This document shows, one piece after another, positions 27,201 to 40,889 of a stretch of DNA of 64,000 nucleotides; position 1 is the stretch's first letter, and each line of letters starts with the position of its first letter. A program made the translations under genes and the position numbers. The stretch lies in the NCBI RefSeq assembly GCF_009914755.1, contig NC_060943.1; one strand, written 5' to 3'. This stretch comes from the human T2T-CHM13v2.0 reference genome, Homo sapiens. A model generated the notes under the pieces. That model saw only the letters and a list, made by a program, of their open reading frames with translations. It searched no databases and was not told the origin of the DNA.

Positions 27201-27345
27201 GGACTGGCCTAGTGAGTACGGCTGTGAATGCCTGGGCTGATCCTGATGAGGACGACAGTGAACATGTAGGCTAAGCCCCATGAATACAGCTCTGAAAACC
27301 TGGACATTGCTCCTATGAAAATGATTGTGAACTCCCGGGCAGGCC
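21247..27345. repeat. 34-bp satellite array, right part (mixed orientation)
   Basis: Same monomer. Orientation - 21247-22470, + 22471-22909, - 22910-23820, + ~23833-25105, - ~25120-27345. Confidence 0.95.
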
Positions 27346-27559
27346 TCAGTGCCCTGTGGACCTGACTCTGGGGAGACCAAAGTAGCCCTCTGAGACCTGC
27401 ACCCTGTCCCAGAGAGTCCCCGCATCCTCACCTCTGTGCCTTCCCAGTGACCCCCGCACCTCTGCCTGTGTTGCAGATTCCTCTAACATGAAAGAGTCAT
27501 GATGTGGGGATGTCACCCTGGCCCAGAAAGGATACAAATCATGATGCTCTGGAAGATTT

Positions 27560-28850
27560 TATTTAGCAATGTCTTGTATATAGCTGATGTTATATTTGTT
27601 GTTCTTTTATTTGTTGTTTTTATAGTGGCTTTATTTGTTACGTCATTATATTTGTCTTGCTATATTATTTGTTGTCTTCTATATTTGTTTAAAGTTACAT
27701 ATTAAGTAATAGTTATCCCCTTCTAATTGCTTATAGAATATTTTCCTGTGAAATGAAACCCATGATAGGAAATCTCCCTCAGCAGAGCTAGGACTCACTG
27801 AATTAGAAAGCAGTCCCTCCAGTGACTGCCACTCTCTCTCTTATGTCTTCCTAATTTCATCTTAATTGGCCGAAGTACCAGCAAATACACCCTCACTCAT
27901 TGTCTTTACATCAGTGTCCTTCGAGAGATTGTTGTCTGAAATCTGTTCCTTCCTCTGGAAGGGATCCTGGGAACAACCTTCCCCACGGTCTCCACAGTGA
28001 CTTAGCTGTCAGGGCCTTTCCTGCCCCATGGTCAGCACAGCTGGTGTGAGCTTCCTGGCTCACTGGCGCTTTCCCTGAGTGTCTTCAGAATTTTTCTCCA
28101 TTTTTTTCCAGCATAGAGTATTTCTTGCTGAGAGGTGGATGAGAGTCTAATTTTCACTTCTTTGTGTATTACTCACTCTTCTAGTCTAGATGCTTTAAAA
28201 ATGCATTTTGTCTTCAAGTTCAGGAGTTTACTCAAATATCATTTGCTGTTAGCCATTTCACATCAATCCTCAGTATTCTTTTGAAGAAACACTTACAAAA
28301 CATTGTTTTTATTTTCAGAAAAAATTGGAATGATCGTTGTTCATATTTCCTTGTGTCTTTGCTTTGATTGTTCTCGTTCAGGCACCTTAATCATGCATCC
28401 ATTTGGCTACTCTCCCTAAACATTTATAACCTCTTGCTCATTTTCTTTTGAAATATTCTCCTCACTTTAACCTTCTGTTTCTTAGAAGGCAGAAGCTGTC
28501 ATTGTGTTGTCTCTAGTTTACATTTTATAGCTGAAGAGTGTTTCCAATTATTTTTCTTAGTCTTTTTGGAGTTTCATCCATGCATTGCTATATTTCTTTA
28601 ATTCTGATGAATGGTGTCCTTTTGTGTTTGATATTATTTTCTTAATGCCTTTGATCTCATTGTTGAAAAGGCCACAGTCCAGTGGGTGAGTTACATTGAG
28701 GTGGGAACTTTCACATTTTCTAGTGGTTTTACTCTATAAGTATTCATTTTGTCTATTACATGTCTTTGTATGAGAATTGGCATCAATATATTTCTGTTGC
28801 TGATTTTTATATGGATTTTGTCTTCATGAATTTGTAATGAGCATTATAAT
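27560..28850 (-). mobile_element. Very old L1/HAL1-like ORF1-region remnant
   Basis: T-rich strand with gagagtctaattttcacttctttg...aagttcaggagtttactc, resembling antisense old L1 ORF1; weak match. Confidence 0.35.
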
Positions 28851-29716
28851 TCAGAAACCTTTTCCAACCTCATAGAGCTTCTCTCTCTGAAATCTCTGTG
28901 CAGTGCTCACAACTATGACACCGGTTTCCTGGAATTTCCTGCCTCTGTGCTTCTCCCCTTCTGTAACAGGAGCCTCCTCCCTGGTTTCCTCCACTGCACT
29001 CCAATCCTCTCTTTGGAACCTGCAACTGAATATTGCTCCTAAATGGGAAGACTGTCTTGCAAGGGGACAACTGCCACAATATTGCCAAAATGTAAGCTGA
29101 TTCACTTTAAGTGCATATTCACTTTCCAGATCATTTTGTTCTTTTCTGTTATATATCTGAAAACCGGTTTCTTCTCTGACTTATTTTATTTATTTTTATT
29201 TGTCAGTATTTTATTCTTATGATTATCAATTTTTACTTTTTTGTGTATTTAAGATTTTTTGTATTTTGATGTTTATATTTGAGTGATTTTAGACTTAATT
29301 TTCACATGATTTTAGATGTATCTCTTTTCAAAGTGATTTGTTGTTTGCTGTGGGGATTTATCTTTAGGTATTGGGTGGTTGTTATTTATTTTGAATCCAG
29401 TAGATTCCCAGACATGCAGGGTCATGTCTAACTGGGCCACAAACTCTTTCTGCCTCTTGACATTTTCAGGCATAGACAACAGGCTCTTCACAGTGCACTG
29501 TGGATGTCACAAAATCCCCATAAATTGTCCTTAAATTATTGCCCATGTTTTATTAAAAAGTATTATTTAGGAAGTAACCTCTGAAAAGAAAGAACTCTTT
29601 TAATTTTCTTTACTAATATTTAAAAATTTAGTCCACATATAAAAGCATGTCTGTCATATTATGCCCCAAATCCTCTTATTGAGCAATTGGAAAACATATT
29701 CCTAAGCTGAGGCTTA

Positions 29717-29911
29717 CAGTCATTGCTCATTATCTGCAGGGGTTGGTTTCAGGACCCCCACAGATTCCAGCATCTGACAATGCTCAAGTCCCTGGTATAA
29801 AGTGGCACAGCATCTGCATATAAGCCATGCCCGTGCTCCTGTGCACTTGAAATCATCTCAGATCTCTCCTCAACCCCATAGGCAGGAACTGCTATGCAAA
29901 TAGTTGTTATC
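29717..29911 (+). mobile_element. MER2 (Tigger-derived) fragment
   Basis: cagtc...ggttggtttcaggacccc...atgctcaagtccct.gtataaa...gctatgcaaatagttgttat. Confidence 0.75.
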
Positions 29912-29924
29912 CTCTCTGCCAGCC

Positions 29925-30175
29925 CCTACCTCCACCTACCTTGTCTTATGCCTCTCTTCCATGTGACTTTTCCTGAGCTGCATTTTTTAATATGAAATAA
30001 ACCTGTACATATGAGTAGAGTGCTTTTCTGAGTTGTCTGATTCATTCTGGTGAACCTGAGGGAGGTGTTGTGGGAACTCCTGAATTGGTAGTCTGCCAGG
30101 AAGAAGCCTCGGCAGCTAGGCCACCCCATTGGTTGCTGGCATCTAAGTGAGGACAGTGCTGTGGGACCGAGCACA
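29925..30175 (+). mobile_element. MER21-like LTR fragment
   Basis: aataaac...ttttctgagtt...gaacctgagggagg..ttgtgggaac.cc...tggcatctaagtgaggacagt..tgtgggac.gagc. Confidence 0.6.
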
Positions 30176-30184
30176 TAATCATAG

Positions 30185-30668
30185 GCCTGCTGGCCATTTG
30201 TATGTCATTTTTTGAGAAATGTCTCTTCAGGTCATTTGACCATTTTTAAAGAGATTATTTTGTTTTGCTGTTGACTCGAGTTCCTTATATAGTCTGGATA
30301 TTAATTTCTCATTCGATGGATAGTTTGCAAATATTTTCTCCCATTCTATAGGTCATCTCGTCACTCCCTTGATTCTTTGCTGTGCAGAAGTTTGTTAGCT
30401 TGTTTTGGTCCTATTTATGTATTTTTGCTCTTCTCACCTATGGTTTTTTTTAAAAATCTCAGCCCAGACCAATGTCTAGAGGAATTTCTCAATGTTTTCT
30501 TTTAGTAGTGTTATATTTTCAGGTTTTCCATTAAAGTCTCTAATCCATCTGGATTTGCATTTTGCATATAATAAGAGATAGGGGCCCAGTTTTTTCTCTA
30601 CCTTTGAATGTTCAGTTTTCCCCTTATTTATTGAAGAGACTCTTCTTTCTTTAATGTATGTTCCTGGT
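30185..30668 (-). mobile_element. L1 (L1MA/PB-type) ORF2 3' fragment
   Basis: ggccatttgtatgtc.ttttttgagaaatgtct and gatagtttgcaaatattttctcccattct are antisense L1 ORF2. Confidence 0.85.
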
Positions 30669-30875
30669 GCAGGTAGGAACGGAGTGCTAGTAGGAGCTGG
30701 GTGCATGGCTCGAGTAGGAGCAGGAGCAGAGTGCTGGTAGGAGCTGGGTGCACAGCACAGGTAGGAGTTGGGCACGGGTAGGAGTGGGGTGCTGGTAGAA
30801 GGTGGGTGCACGGCATGGGTATGTACGGAGTGCTAGTAGGAGCCGGATGCATGGCATGGGTAGCAGCGGAGTGTC
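30665..30875. repeat. Degenerate G-rich minisatellite (~38-50 bp units)
   Basis: Recurrent gtgct(a/g)gtaggagctgggtgca and gggtaggag motifs, about five units. Confidence 0.75.
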
Positions 30876-31907
30876 ACCGCATGCCTCCCTGGAGGACCTG
30901 TCGGGACTGTGGCCCCAATGGCAGCCTGGCCCTGCCTCAATGGCCTGGGCTCTGAACTGCAGGATCTCACAGGTGGAAGAAACCTTGGAGACCCGCAGCC
31001 CCCAGGGCCATGGTGGCTCCCAACAGGGGAGGGCCACCCAAAGCCCCCTCCCATGGTGCCCTTGCCAAGGAGTCCCTGGATGGGCCTGTTTAGACTCCTT
31101 TGATGATGGGGCCCCCATGACCCCAGGACAGCCCTGACCATCTCTTACTCACTGTTGACCTTCCTTCAGACCAGGAGATGCACAATATTTGCCAATAGGA
31201 ATCTCCCATCTTCCCTTAATTCAACTGTTTCACTGACATCCCACAAGCACCACCCCCCATCAGGTGCCCTTAACCTGTGTCCTCGACCCCATTGACCTTC
31301 AGAAGGCCTCACCCATCCAGTGGCTCCAAGGCAGAACAGGTCTCCCAGAGCCCAGGCCATGGAGCAGAGCCTCCCGTGGCACCAACAGTGGCAGCAGTAC
31401 CTGTGCATGCTCCCATGTCCTGAGCATGGACTCTGGACAGAGCAAGGTCAGGCTGCAAGGCTGTCTTTAGTCAGGGCCTGACCCTAGGACAGTGTGGAAA
31501 CACTGGAATGGTTTCAGAAAGGGATGGACAGCATTGGATTTGAGGTCCTTAAAAGTGACTTTGGGTACTGTGTCGAGAGTGGATGGACTGGCAGGAGTGA
31601 GAGGCTCAGGGCAAGTGAGGAGGCAGCTGAAGAACTCAAGAGGCAGTCAAAGGGGGACTCGAGGGTGGGAGGAACAGGCACATCTGTTCACAGCTGTGCC
31701 TCAGAAGCCCTGTGTTTCACACACTTGCCGATTTCAGAAAGGGCCATCCATCATTCTCATGAAGTGTCTACTCATTCTGAAAGAACTCATCTAGATCTTG
31801 AGTGGCTGCCTGTTCTTTCCCCTTAGAGTTACAATTATCATTTTCATTTACTTCCAACTAATAAATGCAAGTGGCTGATTCTGATGAGACCTGTTTCATT
31901 TCCTGCT

Positions 31908-31977
31908 TGAAAGTCTAGAGCAAGAATACTTAGCTCAGAGACTGAAAGTCTAGAGCAAGAATACTTAGCTCAGAGAC
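31908..31977. repeat. Perfect 35-bp tandem duplication
   Basis: tgaaagtctagagcaagaatacttagctcagagac occurs twice head to tail. Confidence 0.95.
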
Positions 31978-32049
31978 TGATCTGGATGAGGCTGGGGAAG
32001 GAGACCACCAGAGCTTAAACGAAGCCACTAAAAGCAGTAAGAGAAACAA

Positions 32050-34859
<2,810 letters not shown>

Positions 34860-35300
34860 TAACAAAGACTATCTCGTTGACCAAGCTAGAGTCAGCCTCC
34901 TCTAAGTCCTCTTTTTGACTAGGCCACAGCTTTGAGCTCTGCTCTTGGCCCATTTAGTCCAGTTTTAGAAAGAACCCTGCTGAATCCATTTAGCAAACAT
35001 CCTCCACTCTTGGTATCTGATCACTGTCCATATCTGACCAAATGCCAAATTGCTGACCCTCAACATGTTGTCATCATGGCCTGCCTTCAGCAAGAATCCT
35101 GGTGAGTTTTAGCCTTGATGTGTTCTCTTAGGAATTTACCATCCACTGATCCCAGCTCTGCTTCTTGGCTATAAATCTCCACTTGTCCTCACTGTATTCA
35201 GGGTTGAGCTTGATCTCTCTCCCCTACTGCAAAACCACATTGCAGTTGTCTCTTCTGGAGTAGGCTTCCTTGTCATCTTTAAGTGTATGAGTTTTTTTCT
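34860..35300 (+). mobile_element. MER31-like 3' LTR
   Basis: acaaagact.tctc.ttgaccaa.ct..agtcag.ctcctct, ggcctgccttcagcaagaatcctg and ttggctataaat match the recalled MER31 consensus. Confidence 0.75.
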
Positions 35301-35329
35301 TAAAAAAAACAATAGTTAGGGAGGACAGG

Positions 35330-35469
35330 TAGCATTAGGAGATATACCTAATGCTAAATGACGAGTTAATGGGTGCAACACACCAGCATGGCACATGTAT
35401 ACATATGTAACTAACCTGCACATTGTGCACATGTACCCTAAAACTTGAAGTATAATAATAATAAAAAAA
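35330..35469 (+). mobile_element. Short 3'-terminal L1PA3/4-like fragment
   Basis: tagcattaggagatatacctaatgctaaatgacgag...gtaccctaaaactt plus A-rich tail. Confidence 0.9.
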
Positions 35470-35642
35470 GGTTATAAAAACAAAATAAAATTTGCATTTA
35501 GTGTACACAGTCTGATTGCCCTGAAAACTGTCTTTCCTAGTTTGTTCTCCAACCAACATGTGCAATGTGCCTGGGACCATGCCCTCTTATCAAGGGAAAG
35601 GCAGGAGAGAGCTGGCATGAGGGCCATTCAGGATATGAAAGT

Positions 35643-35984
<342 letters not shown>

Positions 35985-36929
35985 TCATGAACGACTCCAG
36001 ACTGGAGTATCAAGGCTGACAAGGCTGGAAAGATTCCCTTGCTGAGTTTTGCAAGATATGCACAGTAACCATATACTAATTTTGAGTTGCAAAATTGAAG
36101 AATTGTTTATATATGTCCTCATCTTACAAGAACACCTGAAGTAGCTCAGTTGTAAGAGATTTAGATTGCAAATCAAAAGGTACTTGGATGGGGCCCAGGT
36201 TCCAGTAGGATGATCACCTTTTTTATATCCAGGTCTCATTTCAGTCATAAGAAGTATTCACAGCAGAGCTTCCCCTGCAGGATGCTCAAGTATATTTGCT
36301 GTGGCAACTGAGGGAACCAAGCCTCAGTCATGTTCCCCAGAGCTTGCCCATGGCATTTACATTTGCAAAAAGTAAATCTCTTGATTTCCTTTCGGTTTCA
36401 GTAGTGTGATTTCCTTTTCAAAAATAATAGCAAGTGATACTAGTTTACATATAAATAGAAACTGTAAAGTTCCTTTGTTTTTACTATTTATCAATATATT
36501 TAATAATTATATATATTTATATAGCCTGAAATAATGCAAACAACTTTAAAGAATTGACACATTTGTTTATATTTTACAGGTAAAAAGATTAAAATTTTGG
36601 CTTATTTGCCTGAAGTCACACTGCTAGTTAAATGACAGAGCTAAAAAATGTTAAATAAGTTGCTAAATGAATGTAATTAATTTGGTTTGTTTGTTTCCTA
36701 AAATATTGATTTAAATGTCTTTATTTAAATTTTAAAATGATAGCATTTGAAAGAGTATAAATAAAATTCTTAAGCCGCAATAGTAAAGAAATTTAGTTAC
36801 AATGCATGAAGTTAGAAGCAATAGCTTTGGATTTGTAAATGTATTCTTGAAGGGTGTCATAAAGAAATATTTTATTCCTATTTTTCCTTTGTTTTGTTGG
36901 AGTAGTTTTCCCCCATCTTTAATGAGGTA

Positions 36930-38310
36930 TAATTGCTTTACCAGTTCGAATAGGTTTTTATAGCCATTGTGGAGTCTTTAGATTTTTCTATGTATATGAT
37001 CATGTCAACTGCAAATAGGGAGAGTTTTTCTTCTTCCTTTTAGATTTAGATACATGCTATTTCTTTTTCTTCTCTTATTGCTCTGGATAGAAGTTCCAAT
37101 ACTATCCTGAATAGAATCAATGAGAGTGGATATCCTTGCCTTGTATGGGATTTTAGAGGAAAGGCCTTCAGCTTTACACCATTGATTATGTTAGCTGTGA
37201 GTTTATCACCTACGGCCTTTGTTGTGTGGGGGATATGTTCCTCCTATACCTATTTTATTGAGAGTTTTTTTTAATCAATAATAGAAGTTGAACTTTGTCA
37301 AATGGTTTTTCTCCATCTGTTGAGATGATCACATGTACTTTTTCCTTGTTTGTGTATTCACCACATTAATTGATTCACATCAGCTGAACTACTCCCATAT
37401 CCCAGAGATATATTTCACTTTGTCATGCTGTATGATCCTTGTAATGTGCTTTTGAATTCAGTCTGGTCATGTCTCATTGAGGATATGTGCATCTATGTTC
37501 ATCAGGGATACTGGCTTGTGGCTTTATTTTCTTGCTCTTTTTCTGGCTTTGGTATCAGTGTGATGCCAGCTGCATCAAATGCATTTGGAAGTGTCCCCTC
37601 TACTTACATGTGCTGGAAGCATTTGATAAGGATTGTTATTATTCTTCTTTGAATGTTTGGTAGAATCCACTCACGAAGCCACCTGGTTCTGGGCTTTTCT
37701 TTTTTGGGAGGTTTTTGTTTGTTTTTTTAAAATATTATTCATTTTTCCATCTTTATTGAGGTATCATTAACAAATAAAAATGTATATGTTTACAGTATAC
37801 AAAGTTATATTTTGATACTCATATTCATCATGAAATGATTTCCCCCAATCAAACTGAGTAACATGTTCTTCACCTCACATACTTATCATTCTTTTTGGGA
37901 TATGGTAAAAACGTTTATGATTTACTCTCTCAGCAAATTTTACACATTCAATACAGTAATATTAACTAGTCACCATGCTGCACCTTTGATCTCCAGAACC
38001 TATTCATCTTGCATAACTGAAACTTGGAACCCTTTTACCAATATCTCCCTATTTTCCTCACCTCTCAGTCCTCGGAAACCATCATTCTACTCTTGGTTTC
38101 TGTAAGTTCAACTTCTTTAGATTCCACATATCCTGCGATTATGCAGAATTTATCTTCTGTGTCTGGCTTGTTTTGTTTAGCATGCCCTCCAGGTTCATTC
38201 ATGTTGTGGCAAATGATAGAGCTTTCTTCTTTTTAAGCCTGAGTAATATCCTATTGAGTATATACAGTGCATTTTCTTTATCTATTCATCCATTGATGGA
38301 TGGACACTTA
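36930..38310 (-). mobile_element. L1MA/MB-type fragments: ORF2 RT piece (~36930-37720) and a 3' end (~37740-38310)
   Basis: Antisense RT motif atgatcatgtcaactgcaaataggga; ctttattgaggtat, atctccagaacctattcatct and ctttagattccacata are typical L1MA 3' end motifs. Confidence 0.8.
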
Positions 38311-38954
38311 GTGAGGGTGGCATGTGGATAGGAGGCGTTCTGCATTTCTCCAGTTAGATCTCAGTCTTTATTGAGCCTGTGTCTCTGAACTTCACATGGG
38401 TTTCTCAGGCTTCTCCCACGAGGTCGCAAAGGATAGCTAAGGTGGACTGGAGCTGGACATTTCCCTCCCCCAACACAGAGGGCTGGAGCTAGCTGAGATC
38501 CAGTCTCACTTTCCCTACCTAGGTCAGTGAGGCTCTGATAAAATCTTAGAAAACTTAGGTTCTGGTTAAGTAGTTTTGCCTGAGGGCAGACTTTGTTAAG
38601 CACAGAGCATTCTGGTAGCATGAGTATTTCCCCCCAGTATTTACTGTGAGAACCTGGTTGAGCTACTGGAGGTCAAAACCACAAAACGATCTCGCTTCCC
38701 CATGACTGAGTGCCCCTGGTGTTTTTAGTTCTCAGGCCAGTCCACAGCCAGCCTCTAGCAGCTTCATTGCAGCTGAAGCTCTCCTGCCCTAGCCTGGCTC
38801 CCACAGAGCTTTCTGCACTTGTGTGTCTTGACTCCCTGCATTCATTTTCCTGTCTCTGTAATTTTGAAAGCAGCAGTCGCCCCATGAATTTAATTATTTT
38901 GTGAATCTATGATGAATAGTTGATTGTTCAGCTTTGTTCTTTTTGTTAACATGG

Positions 38955-39359
38955 TGTATCAGTCCATTTTCATACTGCTATGAATAAATAGTAGTGTGGG
39001 TAATTTATGGGTAATTTATTACTGGGTAATTTATGAAGAAAAAGAGGTTTAATGGACTCACAGTTCATATGACTGGGGAGGCCTCCCAGTCACAGTGGAA
39101 AGCCAAGGAGGAGCAAAGTCATGTCTTAGGTGGTGGCAGGCAAGAGCCTGTGCAGGGGAACTCTCCCTATTTGCCGATGACATGATCATATAGGTAGAAA
39201 AGTGATAGTGAGACTTATTCACTATCACAAGAACAGCACAGGAAAAACTTGCCCCCATGATTCATTTACCTCCCACCAGGTCCCTCCCAAGACATGTGAG
39301 GGTTATGGGAGCTACAATTCAAGATGATATTTGGGTGGGGACACAGACAAACCAGATCA
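38955..39359 (-). mobile_element. THE1 (C/D-like) solo LTR
   Basis: tgtatcagtccattttcatactgctat...ttgggtggggacacagacaaaccagatca; 5-bp TSD catgg at 38950-38954 and 39360-39364. Confidence 0.92.
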
Positions 39360-39409
39360 CATGGAATGGTGACTTCCAAACTCCTTATAGGCAGAACCCC
39401 AGACTGCAG

Positions 39410-40075
39410 GGGTGATGGCAGGAGGCAGTGCATGGTTAGGAAGCTGCACAGTCATCCTGTTCAGAGGAGATCAGGCTCTGGCCAGGTAGAATAGGTGGAG
39501 GGACAGAAGCAGTCAGGTGTGGACATGCTGTGAAGCTACAGAGAGGGGCTCTGCCGATGGAGTGGAGATGAGGTAGAGAGAAGACAGAAGTCAAGAAAAA
39601 CAAAACAGTGGGAACCTGAACACCTGTGGGGATGGAGCTGCTCTCATGGAAGAGGAGGATGAGGGAGGTTGGGCTCAGGGGAGGGGTCTAGAGCTTGGGC
39701 TTGGTGTGTTAGATGTCAACATAGAGATGTTGTGGCAGTGGCTGTGTAGCTATGAATCTAGACTAAATGAAAGAGTGTGGAATGGATAAATACAGAGGTC
39801 ATATCAGTATGGGTGGCATGTAAAGCCAAGGGGCTAGGTGAGACCAGCAAGGGGATGAGTTTCTGAAGAACAAAAGTGACGCAAGAACTCATTCATGAGT
39901 CAAAGCTAATGGTAACAGGTTTGAGAGAAAAATAGAATCCAACAACAGAGAAACAGAAAGGATGGCCAGTGAGATTGGAAAGAAAATAGCCCACTGAACT
40001 GGAAGCTAAGTAGTGGAGGCATTTCAGGGAGAGAGGGATGGACTGTGTCAAATGCGGCCAGTAGAGAAAAGTCAG
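39410..40075 (-). mobile_element. L2 fragment
   Basis: Purine-rich diverged motifs (ggttaggaagctg, gagagaagacagaagtcaag, actgtgtcaaatgc) typical of antisense L2. Confidence 0.55.
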
Positions 40076-40889
40076 AGGGACCTATTTGGGTGATGGGAGT
40101 GTTCTAAAATGGAATTGTGGTGCTTGTTTAATTCTGCAGATTTTGTTTTAAATTAATTGAGTTGGGTGAATTTTAGGACATGCAAATAATAGCTCAATAA
40201 AGTTGTTTCATAAAATATTAGCATATATCAACCCAGATGTTCTACTCCCAGAGAAAATAAAAGCTCATATTGATCAAAAGGACATATGCATATATCTATA
40301 ATATATTCATAATACCCCACATTTGAAAATAAACAAAATGTCCATGAAATATTTTGTGTAATATTTGTCTCAGTAATATAAAATATCATATTACCGAAAC
40401 AAACAGAGTGAACTGCTTATCTACACAAGAACAGATAAGTTTCAAAAACACTTTGAGCAAAGCAGGCAGAGATCAGAAAGCACATTGTAATTGATTCCAT
40501 GACCTTGATGCTGAGGCTCAACTGGGATGTGTTCAGAGCAACCTTCTCCAAGGCTGCGTGAGTCAGGGCGAGTGGACACTGATTGGAAAGGAACTGGGGG
40601 GGATTTCTGTGTTGATACACAGGACTCATACCTTGATAGGGTTGCAGGACGCAGTGGGGGTATAACATTTTAAAGGCTTATTCAAGCTATACACTTAAGA
40701 TTGGCACCTTTCACTATATTTTAATTGTCTGTTGATACACATACAATAAGAAACAGGTAAAGAAGACTGATTACTAGACAGTAAGGAGACAAGCATGTTT
40801 ATTTACTAATCCTCCTTGATGGTGACCATGAAACTGACTAGTATAGGCTGCCTGTTCCTGGTTGATTCCAGGTGGAATGCTGAGGTGTT

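Noticed and set aside
9160-27345. CRISPR-like array or zinc-finger/PRDM9-like coding repeat
   Set aside because: Monomers are contiguous with no unique spacers, the period is 34 rather than 84 bp, and the context is primate DNA with no cas genes.
31681-31703. Orphan satellite-like word tgttcacagctgtgcctca
   Set aside because: Single short match with no flanking periodicity; could be chance.
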